Shown: positions 1-8,530, counted from the first letter of the stretch. The stretch: DNA of 64,000 nt from an uncultured Acidobacteriota bacterium (GCA_963803155.1 CAWDMN010000105.1:7601-71600); one strand, 5' to 3'. Translations and numbers: made by a program. Notes: generated by a model not told the origin, from the sequence alone.

Positions 1-2619
1 ACCATCTGGACCGTCGCTGTGAACCTCGCCGGTATTGGGATGGAAAACATCCACTCCTTTTACCTTTACCTGTATTTGACCGTCATCCGCATGAAGGATG
101 ACAATATCTGGTTCGCCGAAAATAACAAACAGGTTGCCCTTACCGGTGTTTTTGAGGTCGTCGGACATGTGAAGGTCGGCATTCATTCGTGCCTTGAGAA
201 CCGGGATGCGGCCCAGTTTGTTGAACTCGGTGGCGTGAGCTTCATAGTTGAAGGCACACGCGATGAGCACGTCGAAATCGGCATCGCCTGCTTCGCGCGC
301 AGCTTGCACCAGATCGGGGCGTGTGACGGTGCCAAATTCTGGGCCAATAAAAATGGCGGCACGCTTCTCTTTACCTATTTGGGTGCCACGTTCAAAGTAA
401 CGCCCTTCAGCACCAACCAGATCGCCGGGCCAGGGCGTAAGCGAGGTGAAGGTGATTCTGCCTTCCTTGTGCGCCTGCTGAACGCCAGCCGCTTTTAGAT
501 TCTCCAAAATCATTTGCGCAAAGGATTGTTTATCTTCATAGGCTGAACTCTTTTCTTTGACGGTGTCGATTAGTTCATCGTTTTCATCTACACCCAGAAC
601 ACGGTGTGGCGAGAGGCTTTCAACGGTAAATGGACCAGCTACGCGGACTTTTCGATTGTCGATATAGGGTTTGTCGTAGAGGTACTCAAAATCAGCTTTA
701 GAGACGATGGAAGTATCGATCTCCTTTTGCCGGCTGATACGTGCATGCCACCAGTCAGCGTGCCACTTCTTAGCTGTCTCCGACCACCCCTTTTCCACCT
801 CTCGCGGGATTTCCCAATCTTGCCATTGCTTCTTCAGCGCTGCATTTAGTTTTCCGCGTATCGGCTCCAGCTTCGCCTGCCACTTCTCCCAGATGACATC
901 AATCTCCGTATTTTTGGTAATGGAACTAAGCATGATGTGCGGTACGCGCTCATAGATGAAGCCTTGACGGATGTTTTCATGCACGGGCTGTGAACTCGGC
1001 ACGGTACGGGTGACTTCAGCCTCTTTGAATTGGCCATCTCGGGAATCTGCCAACAAATAATAGGGATAGCGTGCACCCATGATACGGGCACGAGCCAGTG
1101 CCAGTGCTACCCGCGAGGTGTCAATAGTGATCCAACGGCGGCCCCATTGTTCGGCCACATAGGCAGTTGTACCAGATCCGCAGGTCGGATCAAGCACGAG
1201 ATCTCCAGGGTCCGTGGACATTAGGAGGCAGCGTTGAATCACAGTCTGCGAAGTTTGGACGACATAAATTTTGTCCGCCATGAAGCTCGCGCCGACATCG
1301 TCCCAACGATTGGAAATCTGAACGGCTGGGAAATCGTCAAGATAGCGAACATAGCCCAGCCGGCTTGTTGTAGCCTCCAGGCGACTTGCAGCTTTGAGAC
1401 GCTCCATCCCCTGCTCGTTTGTTTTCCATCGAACCGAAAGTGAAGGTTTGTAGATTCTGCCATCGATTTCGACACCGAACCAAGATGCAGCGCCCTCGCC
1501 TTTATCACGGCCAGCACTTTGCGAGGTCAGGTTGTCAAGTGAGTAGATACGCAAATCACCAGTAGCAATTCGCGGATCACTGAGTTTTGATTCTGTGAGG
1601 GCTTGGCTAATTCCGGATGCGTCACGGATGCGGTTATAGTTGGTGCCACCTTTTTCGCCCGGTTTCTTATGTTTCAGCGCCGGCCTGTATTTCACCCGAG
1701 ACTTATCTTTGCAATACCACAAGAGGTAGTCGGTCGTCTGACCAAGATGCTCTTCAGTTGAGCCCGATGTCTTTGCGAAACCGATAAGCGATACACAGTC
1801 ATCTTCCCCAAACACCTCATCCATCACCGCACGAACGCGGTGGACATTTTCATCACCGATCTGCATAAAGATGGAGCCCGAATCAGTGAGCAGATCACGG
1901 GCAACGGTGAGGCGGTCACGAAGGTAAGTGAGGTAGCTGTGGATGCCATCACGCCATGTATCTCGAAATGCCTTAACCTGTTCAGGCTCACGTGTAATAT
2001 GGTTGGTGTTACCATCCTTCACATCACGGCTAGTTGTGCTCCATTGGAAATTGCTATTAAATTTGATTCCGTAAGGTGGGTCGAAATAAATGCACTGAAC
2101 TTTGCCTCGCAAGCCTTCTCGCTCGGCCAAGGAGGCCATAACTTGTAAGCTGTCGCCAAGGATCATGCGGTTGGACCAGTTTTGGTCATGCTGATAAAAT
2201 TCTGTTTTGTCCACACCTTTGGGGATTCCGTTGAAATCGGCGAAAAGGTCGAGCTGGCGGGGAGTGGCTTGTGACCGGTGGCTAGTGGTTTGTGACTGGT
2301 GGCCTGTGCCTTGTACTTCACTAGCCGCTAGCCACTCGGAACTTGCCACTAAATCGTCTATCAGCACTTTGGGATGGACTTTTTCCTGAATATAAAGAGG
2401 CGGGGCTTGTACCACCAAATCGCTCCAGTCCTGCTCATCCTTGCCACGCCAGACAAGTTGCGGATCGAGGTCGCGATTGCGGCGTTCGTAGGCAATCTGA
2501 ATCGGCGACTTTTCTTCCTTTTTCAGCACGGACTGGTATTCCGCCGTCGGAATGTTTTTTCGCGTCGCATCTTCGTGCGTGAGGGTTTCGACCGTTTTAC
2601 CGTTTATTTTTTTCGCCAT
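1..2619 (-). CDS. mod: Type III-like RM system site-specific DNA adenine methyltransferase (Mod); 3' end runs off window
   Basis: Not in the ORF track. Manual translation from ATG 2619: MAKKINGKTVETLTHEDATRKNIPTAEY...NRMILGDSLQVMASLAEREGLRGKVQCIYFDPPYGIKFNSN (DPPY motif IV). The same frame reads ...FGEPDIVILHADDGQIQVKVKGVDVFHPNTGEV at base 1 and was open where spot-checked. Lies downstream of res. Confidence 0.9.
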   Translation of the reverse strand, partial: MAKKINGKTVETLTHEDATRKNIPTAEYQSVLKKEEKSPIQIAYERRNRDLDPQLVWRGKDEQDWSDLVVQAPPLYIQEKVHPKVLIDDLVASSEWLAASEVQGTGHQSQTTSHRSQATPRQLDLFADFNGIPKGVDKTEFYQHDQNWSNRMILGDSLQVMASLAEREGLRGKVQCIYFDPPYGIKFNSNFQWSTTSRDVKDGNTNHITREPEQVKAFRDTWRDGIHSYLTYLRDRLTVARDLLTDSGSIFMQIGDENVHRVRAVMDEVFGEDDCVSLIGFAKTSGSTEEHLGQTTDYLLWYCKDKSRVKYRPALKHKKPGEKGGTNYNRIRDASGISQALTESKLSDPRIATGDLRIYSLDNLTSQSAGRDKGEGAASWFGVEIDGRIYKPSLSVRWKTNEQGMERLKAASRLEATTSRLGYVRYLDDFPAVQISNRWDDVGASFMADKIYVVQTSQTVIQRCLLMSTDPGDLVLDPTCGSGTTAYVAEQWGRRWITIDTSRVALALARARIMGARYPYYLLADSRDGQFKEAEVTRTVPSSQPVHENIRQGFIYERVPHIMLSSITKNTEIDVIWEKWQAKLEPIRGKLNAALKKQWQDWEIPREVEKGWSETAKKWHADWWHARISRQKEIDTSIVSKADFEYLYDKPYIDNRKVRVAGPFTVESLSPHRVLGVDENDELIDTVKEKSSAYEDKQSFAQMILENLKAAGVQQAHKEGRITFTSLTPWPGDLVGAEGRYFERGTQIGKEKRAAIFIGPEFGTVTRPDLVQAAREAGDADFDVLIACAFNYEAHATEFNKLGRIPVLKARMNADLHMSDDLKNTGKGNLFVIFGEPDIVILHADDGQIQVKVKGVDVFHPNTGEVHSDGPDG
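2263..2351. repeat. In-frame heptamer inverted-repeat hairpin inside mod
   Basis: About 7 x nGTGGCT-like units followed by about 5 x TAGCCAC-like units. Encodes the low-complexity linker VASSEWLAASEVQGTGHQSQTTSHRSQAT. Confidence 0.8.
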
Positions 2620-2627
2620 GGTTTTTT

Positions 2628-2817
2628 GAAGGGTGAAGAGTGAAGAGTGAAATTTAGAAGGGTGAAGAGTGAAAGAAATGCCGCTTCTTCTTTTTCTTTG
2701 ACTTGCCTATTCACTCTTCTCCCTTCACTCTTCACTCTTCTTCATTCTGCCTTCTGATTTCACCCTTTGATCTTCTCCTTTTGCTCTTTTTACTTCACTC
2801 TTCACTCTTCTACCTTC
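2628..2817. repeat. Heptamer arrays downstream of four-helix-bundle gene 1
   Basis: 7 x GAAGRGT-like units at 2628-2677 and 16 in-register ACTCTTC-like units at 2706-2817; the two arrays are mutually inverted. Confidence 0.9.
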
Positions 2818-3176
2818 TTTTTTGTTCTGCACTTCTTTATAATCGAAATTAAAATGGCAACGAGTTGGTTGGCTTCGTCGATGAGGTCTTTCAATTTATT
2901 TGCTGGCACGACTTCAGTTGTAGCCAGCAGGCGCAGCCAATAATGAGTTTCGCGGGCTTCCTTGCAGGCAATGGAGTATTTGGAAATAAAATCGGCCCGG
3001 CTCTGGCTTCCCTGTCCCTCTTCGATATTGGCCCCAACCGAAGTGCCAGAACGCAGCAACTGATGAACTAGCGTTCGGCTGACTACTGGGGATTGGTCCA
3101 GTGTCTGGCAAAGTGCCACAATCCGCTTGGCAAACTCAAAGCTTCGCTCTGGCAAATCTCTCCTATGCTCTTCCAT
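2802..3176 (-). CDS. Four helix bundle protein (TIGR02436 / 23S rRNA IVP-like family)
   Basis: DLPERSFEFAKRIV...QLLRSGTSVGANIEEG...DFISKYSIACKEARETHYWLRLL signature. ATG at 3176 preferred over the GTG at 3188, which lies inside the repeats. Confidence 0.92.
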   Translation of the reverse strand: MEEHRRDLPERSFEFAKRIVALCQTLDQSPVVSRTLVHQLLRSGTSVGANIEEGQGSQSRADFISKYSIACKEARETHYWLRLLATTEVVPANKLKDLIDEANQLVAILISIIKKCRTKKKVEE

Positions 3177-3214
3177 TTCACCCTTCACTCTTCACCCTTC
3201 TACCTTCAACCCTG
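3173..3214. repeat. Heptamer array upstream of four-helix-bundle gene 1
   Basis: 5-6 x ACCCTTC/ACTCTTC-like units. Confidence 0.85.
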
Positions 3215-3236
3215 CCCTGCCATTCTTGGTGGCCTA

Positions 3237-3513
3237 TGATGCGTTTGAGGCCTTTATGAGGCTTTTGCTTTCCCGCCATGCAATTTCCTGTTTGTCCAGT
3301 CTATGTTCCGTTCACGATTGAGCGAATGAACCAATTCTAATGTCCCCAATGTCCCCATTTTGTCCCTGTTCCTCACATTCTCAACGTCAGGTTGTCCCAT
3401 CCAAGCAGGTTGCGATGAGTTTCGGATTGCCATTCCATCCGATTCAGTCGAAGGGCCATTTGAACTATTTATGAGCCGATTCTATGGCCCCTTTGGCCCC
3501 TTCTTGACCCCTT
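3237..3513. repeat. Array of five degenerate 29-bp tripartite (9-9-2-9) motifs
   Basis: Consensus TGnnCCnTT-TGnnCCnTT-TA-TGnnCCnTT at 3237-3265, 3284-3312, 3341-3369, 3452-3480 and 3485-3513. Confidence 0.65.
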
Positions 3514-4951
3514 TGGAGGAAACATAACGAGTCCCTTTCCCTGTTATGCCTTGTTTTTCGAGAACCCCTTTCTCAACCATATCCGTGAGATCTCGGTGAG
3601 CAGTTCGTTTTGATACCTTTATCTGAGCTTGATAGCCCGTATTGTTAATGAAGCCATATTTCCTTACGGAGTCTAATGCGAGCCGCTGCCGGTCGGACAA
3701 ACCCAATGAGGTCATTACCTCCTCGGTTAGCCAATCCCGCCAAAGCGTGATGACAAAAAAGCCCATTCGCTGCTCGAATTGGGGCTCGGCTAGTCCCGCT
3801 TCCCGGCATAAACCGATCATATTTTGGGTGCCGGAGCCTACTTTCTCGACGTACCGGGCCAAGTAGAGCGATTCGGCAATGAGCGGATTGTTGGGAACAG
3901 ACGGATGGTCATCACGAAGACTCTCCAATGTCAAAGTGCTGGGTAATCGGCCAGGATTCCAGACCTCCAGGCGGTCGGCAAAAAGACGCACCTCCACCGA
4001 TCCGTTGCTATTGTAGTCACGATGGGCGATGGCGTTGACAATGGCCTCTCCAATGGCATCAGGGGGGAGTTCGTAAGTGGCTGGCGCCGTGGGACCCGCT
4101 GAACGAATGCCAATGGCCCGGTTGATTTTGGCGAGTACGAAGTCGCGGGCCTGATTAACCTGCTCAAAAAGATCGCCAGTATAAATCTGCTGCGAACCAA
4201 AAGGGCGCCGGTATTCAGTGCCGTGACAGTGCACGCATTTGGTTTCAGCGGCGCGATGAAAACGCTGGGGAGCCGCTCCAAAAAGGAGAATCGCGGCATT
4301 GGTGGGCGATTTGCCGTCAAGCAGGTTTAGATGCGCCAGTAGAGCCTGCGTAGTTGTGTTGGCTTTGAGAGGGAAGCCCCGCTCGCGGCGGGCTGTTTCC
4401 AAAAACCACTCGATACGCTTTCGGGAAAGACTGGCTTGCGTGGCGCCTTCGCAGGCAGAAGTATCAAAAGGTGGAACACGTAAAGCATCCTTTTCATCCA
4501 GAAGGCGGACAAGACTTGAGTAGACCTCAGACGTAAGGGCATTGACATCTTCGATGCGGCGGCGAATGAGTTCGCTGCTGGCTTTGCGGATCAACTGTCC
4601 CATTTTGGGGTCGCGTTTCTTTTCATCCGATCCCCACACATAGACCAGTCTGGTTTTTTGTTTTTTAGTGGCATGCAGGTATTCGTGTTCCGTGGGAGAG
4701 ATGCCGTCTTGGCCCTCGCTTCCGTACTCATACCCGAAGATTCCCAAATAGATATCGCAACGCTCCACTTCTTCGAGGTAGAGCTGGTCCGCACGCCGGT
4801 CTGTGGCCGGAAGCTCCTCAAAAAGAAAAACCTCGGAAATAAAACGATGTAAGACCGCATCACCAAGGAGGAACGCCTTCAAGTCCAGACGGATTTGCGC
4901 AAACTCCTTTTGCACGCTGCCGATAAATATTTTCAAACGTGTTGCTGGCAT
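3482..4951 (-). CDS. DUF4062 domain + HATPase_c_4 (RecG C-terminal-like) + C-terminal winged HTH protein
   Basis: N-terminal KIFIGSVQKEF..R..L...CDIYLGIFGYEYG...SPTEHEY (DUF4062); EAIVNAIAHRDY...RLEVWNPG...NPLIA...VEKVGSG (HATPase_c_4); VSKRTAHRDLTDMVEKGVL (HTH). Confidence 0.85.
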   Translation of the reverse strand: MPATRLKIFIGSVQKEFAQIRLDLKAFLLGDAVLHRFISEVFLFEELPATDRRADQLYLEEVERCDIYLGIFGYEYGSEGQDGISPTEHEYLHATKKQKTRLVYVWGSDEKKRDPKMGQLIRKASSELIRRRIEDVNALTSEVYSSLVRLLDEKDALRVPPFDTSACEGATQASLSRKRIEWFLETARRERGFPLKANTTTQALLAHLNLLDGKSPTNAAILLFGAAPQRFHRAAETKCVHCHGTEYRRPFGSQQIYTGDLFEQVNQARDFVLAKINRAIGIRSAGPTAPATYELPPDAIGEAIVNAIAHRDYNSNGSVEVRLFADRLEVWNPGRLPSTLTLESLRDDHPSVPNNPLIAESLYLARYVEKVGSGTQNMIGLCREAGLAEPQFEQRMGFFVITLWRDWLTEEVMTSLGLSDRQRLALDSVRKYGFINNTGYQAQIKVSKRTAHRDLTDMVEKGVLEKQGITGKGTRYVSSKGVKKGPKGP

Positions 4952-4966
4952 TGCACAACCTCAATA

Positions 4967-5044
4967 AAAGTGTGAAGAGTGAAGTGTGAAGAGTGAAGTT
5001 TGAAGGGTGAAGTTTGAAATTTTAAAGTCAGAAATGAGAAGTTC
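4967..5044. repeat. Heptamer arm downstream of four-helix-bundle gene 2
   Basis: 11 x GAAGnnT-like units; inverted partner of 5414-5490. Confidence 0.9.
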
Positions 5045-5405
5045 ATGGCTGTCCTTTTTTTGACCGCAACTTGATGATGATGCTGGTAAGGATGGCAATG
5101 AGTTCATTGCATTCCTTGATGAGAGGATCAATTCTTGGGGCATCGAGCAGTTCTGTCGCCAGGATTAAACGGAGCCAGTAGTGGGTTTCGCGGGCTTCCT
5201 TGCAGGCGATACTGTATTTGCTAATGAAGTCCGCCTGGCTTTGGGAGCCCTGGCCTTCCTCAACATTAGCGCCAATCGAGGTTCCTGACCGCAAAAGCTG
5301 ATTGGACAAGGTTCTTGGCACTCCCGGTGTGCCATCGAGTTGCCGGCACAAACCGACAATTCCCTTGGCAAACTCAAATGTCCTTTCCGGCAAATCACTC
5401 TTCAT
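5043..5405 (-). CDS. Four helix bundle protein (TIGR02436 / 23S rRNA IVP-like family), paralog of 2802-3176
   Basis: DLPERTFEFAK...QLLRSGTSIGANVEEG...KEARETHYWLRL; roughly two-thirds identical to the other copy by eye. Confidence 0.92.
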   Translation of the reverse strand: MKSDLPERTFEFAKGIVGLCRQLDGTPGVPRTLSNQLLRSGTSIGANVEEGQGSQSQADFISKYSIACKEARETHYWLRLILATELLDAPRIDPLIKECNELIAILTSIIIKLRSKKGQP

Positions 5406-5413
5406 TCATCCAG

Positions 5414-5490
5414 CCCTTTCCCCCTTCAAACTTCACCCTTCACCTTTTACTCTTCAAACTTCACTCTTCACCCTTCACCCTTCACTCTTC
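5414..5490. repeat. Heptamer arm upstream of four-helix-bundle gene 2
   Basis: 11 in-register units ACYCTTC/AAACTTC; the outer edge supplies the res stop codon. Confidence 0.9.
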
Positions 5491-8400
5491 AAAAGCGCTC
5501 CAACATCTTATTAAATTCACTTTCGACCTTGGCATTAAAATCAGCTTCGATCTGGTAAACCTCAGTGAACTCAGCAAAATCCCAGCGTCCGTAACTACCG
5601 AGGTTATTGACGCCTGGCACCCAGTAGGTTTCCATGGTGTTTTTTTTGTCCTTCGCATCCTCTCGCCGATACCCTTTGATTTCGACGATTAGGTGCAGCA
5701 GGTCGTTTTCTCCGTGGCCATCCTCCACCAGCACAATAAAATCGGGGAGATACCTTCGCATTTCAGCGGCATAACGATAAGGCACTTCGAGGCCAAGGTT
5801 TTGGTTTTTTACATATGCCCGAACCTTTGAGTGTTTTTCGGCCACACGGCAAAACTCTGCTTCCCAATCGCTGTCGAGAATGACCCAATTGATGTGGCAG
5901 CGGCTGGCATCGGTTTGCCAGCGGTTCTTTTTCGAGGTGTTGAAATTTACATGAGCAGTGGAACCTGTAGGGTTATAAGGATCAAGGATTGCCTGGATGG
6001 GCCGTTTTCCAATCCATTTGCGGTTTATTCCTGCTATGATGCGCTCACATGCCACGTCTGCCAGCATTTTGTATGCAAGTTGTGCAGGGTAAGTTCCACC
6101 TTTGCAGACTAGGAAACCATCATCCAGCCATTGTTTCGCGATGCGTTTCAGTTGGCCGAAAAGGTGAAGCTTGGGGGCTTCTCCCGGATCCCGCCACTTA
6201 TAGAGCACCAGGTGGGAAGTCAACTCATACAATACCTGCGATGGACGGATGTTCCCGGTGTGGACCAAGTTCAGATCTATCTTTTCTCCGATGATGCCGG
6301 AGTTCTGGGTTTCTGTGGCGCCAACAAGGTCCGGCGTCAATTCCAAAACTGAGTCTTCATTGAATTGAGCGGTCAATCGTTCTTCAGGCAACTCGATGCG
6401 ATAGCCCTCGACCCGTGGAAAACGGATTTCCAAATGATCTCGCTCGGGCCGCATGGCTTTGACATGGATGGTTTCTCGAGGAGGCTGTGGGGGCGCAACA
6501 ACTGGTTTGGCCGTGAAATCGAAGGGGATCCCCAGCACATCGGCGTATTCCACATTGAATAGATTTTCTTCGTTCAGGTCGTAAGATTGGCGGCGCAAGG
6601 CGCGTCCGATGACTTGTTCGCAAAGGAGTTGGGTTCCGAAGGCTCTCACACCGAGCACATGCGTCACGGTGTTGGCATCCCACCCTTCGGTGAGCATGGA
6701 GACCGAGACGACACAGCGGATGGAACCACCCAAGCGCCCTGGTTTTCCGACCGTGTTCATCACTTCCCGTAAAAGTTCCTGATCGGAGAGGTTCTCCGCT
6801 TGACGGCGGTCACCACTGCGCTCGATTATTTCGCGTCGGAACCGTTCGATTTCATCGGAGGCCATGCCGCGAAAATTGTCATCCAGCCCTTCCCCCGATT
6901 CGAGTTGTTCACTGTCGATCAATATCGTGTTGGGCCGAGCTAGAGGATTGCCATTTTCATCAAAATTGCGAAACAGAGCAAGCCGGCCATTTTCTAGGTT
7001 TACCGATCCGTCCTCGTTTTGGCGTTGAAATCCAGAGATGTAGTCGTAGACGAGTTTGGAGGTGGAAGTGTTGTTGCAAACCACAATAAAACAAGGGGGG
7101 ACATTAATTCCCGATTCTGCCCAAAGACTGAAAGTCTTTTGGTAATGGCCATAAAGAGCTTCCAATGCCGTTTGGAGTTGGGGAGGCAGGCTCAGAGGAT
7201 CGAGGCTGTTGGATTTTCCTCTTCCTTTTTTGGGCATTTTCGATCGGATATGTTTCCACAAATCGCGGTACATGGGCATATCCACGCCTGGGATATTGTC
7301 TGCCACTGGAACGCGAGGCAATTTAACGATGCCGCACTCGATGGCGTCCATTAGTGAAAAGTCGCTCATGGTCCAAGGGAAGAGAGTGCCTTCCGCATAA
7401 CCGGAACCGCGCAGGAAGAATGGTGTGGCGGACAAATCAATGACTCGCGTGAGGCCGATTTTCCGATTTACCGCTTCAAGTCCCGAAATCCAGAGCCGGG
7501 CAGCCTCATTGTTTTTCTCGGCTTCCTTTCGTTCATCACCTTTTAAGTCCTCATCCGTTGACGCTTCTGGTTTTTCACGGTAGCAATGGTGAGCTTCGTC
7601 ATTAATGACAAGAATATTCTTTAGCCCCATCAAATCAGGCATGACCCTTTGGAGCATCTGACCTGCCGTCTCAAGCGTGTTAAGCGATTCGCCGCGTCCT
7701 TGCAAGAGCGAGCGGCCCCCTTTGGAAAGCTCAATTCGTTCACGACATTTAAAGGCATGGAAATTCGTGATGACGATTTTGGCGCGATTTACATCTTCCA
7801 AGAGATCTGTAGGCACTAACTCCCGGCTGGCATAGTAACTGTCAGGATCGTTGGGCTGCAGCACTCGCAGCCGATCACGGATCGTGAGCCCAGGTGAAAC
7901 AACCAGGAAGCCGCGAGAAAATTTACGGCTCTGCGGATGCCGGACCGCATTAATGGTTTGCCAGGCTATAATCATAGCCATAACCGTTGTTTTTCCTGCA
8001 CCCGTGGCTAATTTAAGGGCGAGGCGCATTAACTCCGGATTTGCATCGTTGTTGGCATTCACAAGATGGTCCAGAATTCCTTTCCCAGCTTTGCCTGCTT
8101 GTGGCGCGACTTCAGTTAACCAAATGAGAGTCTCGATTGCCTCCACCTGGCAGAAAAATGGACGAATGCCCCAAAATTTATGGTGCCGCCAATGTTGGAG
8201 CAATCGAGCAGTTTCAGGTGAGACTTGCCAATTATCAGATGGCAAGGTGCGCCATTGGTCTACATAATGGCGTAATTCATTAATAATCGGGGTGGGATCA
8301 TATTGTTGCTTGGCAGTCGAAAGCCCTAGCCCCTCATCGAATACAATCTCTGTCTGGCTTGCCGCAGTTCTCTGTTTCTTTGGTTTAGGGATTGGAGTGA

Positions 8401-8530
8401 TAAATTCTGCCAGGCGGCGGCGTTCGATAATTCGCTGAGTGGGCTGTCCTTGAGCATCAAGTTCCCAGTACCGGCCGGGGTATTCATAGGGCGAATTCAG
8501 GATGGGATGTTCGAAAAATTGATTTTCCAT
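5489..8530 (-). CDS. res: Type III restriction enzyme Res subunit (SF2 helicase + PD-(D/E)xK nuclease)
   Basis: KLATGAGKT (Walker A), INDEAHH, MLTEGWD, EQVIGRALR, YLPDFIV...VEIKG. Start placed at MENQFFEHPILNSPY (8530). Confidence 0.92.
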   Translation of the reverse strand: MENQFFEHPILNSPYEYPGRYWELDAQGQPTQRIIERRRLAEFITPIPKPKKQRTAASQTEIVFDEGLGLSTAKQQYDPTPIINELRHYVDQWRTLPSDNWQVSPETARLLQHWRHHKFWGIRPFFCQVEAIETLIWLTEVAPQAGKAGKGILDHLVNANNDANPELMRLALKLATGAGKTTVMAMIIAWQTINAVRHPQSRKFSRGFLVVSPGLTIRDRLRVLQPNDPDSYYASRELVPTDLLEDVNRAKIVITNFHAFKCRERIELSKGGRSLLQGRGESLNTLETAGQMLQRVMPDLMGLKNILVINDEAHHCYREKPEASTDEDLKGDERKEAEKNNEAARLWISGLEAVNRKIGLTRVIDLSATPFFLRGSGYAEGTLFPWTMSDFSLMDAIECGIVKLPRVPVADNIPGVDMPMYRDLWKHIRSKMPKKGRGKSNSLDPLSLPPQLQTALEALYGHYQKTFSLWAESGINVPPCFIVVCNNTSTSKLVYDYISGFQRQNEDGSVNLENGRLALFRNFDENGNPLARPNTILIDSEQLESGEGLDDNFRGMASDEIERFRREIIERSGDRRQAENLSDQELLREVMNTVGKPGRLGGSIRCVVSVSMLTEGWDANTVTHVLGVRAFGTQLLCEQVIGRALRRQSYDLNEENLFNVEYADVLGIPFDFTAKPVVAPPQPPRETIHVKAMRPERDHLEIRFPRVEGYRIELPEERLTAQFNEDSVLELTPDLVGATETQNSGIIGEKIDLNLVHTGNIRPSQVLYELTSHLVLYKWRDPGEAPKLHLFGQLKRIAKQWLDDGFLVCKGGTYPAQLAYKMLADVACERIIAGINRKWIGKRPIQAILDPYNPTGSTAHVNFNTSKKNRWQTDASRCHINWVILDSDWEAEFCRVAEKHSKVRAYVKNQNLGLEVPYRYAAEMRRYLPDFIVLVEDGHGENDLLHLIVEIKGYRREDAKDKKNTMETYWVPGVNNLGSYGRWDFAEFTEVYQIEADFNAKVESEFNKMLERF

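Noticed and set aside
1-2619. Phase-variable simple-sequence repeat in mod (phasevarion)
   Set aside because: No perfect homopolymer or short tandem tract was seen; the internal heptamers are degenerate and in frame.
19-2643. Many short ORFs in the track on both strands
   Set aside because: They are shadows of the long minus-strand mod frame, which the track omitted because it runs off the window.
3237-3513. CRISPR array
   Set aside because: The units are too degenerate, spacing is irregular, and one unit lies within a coding sequence.
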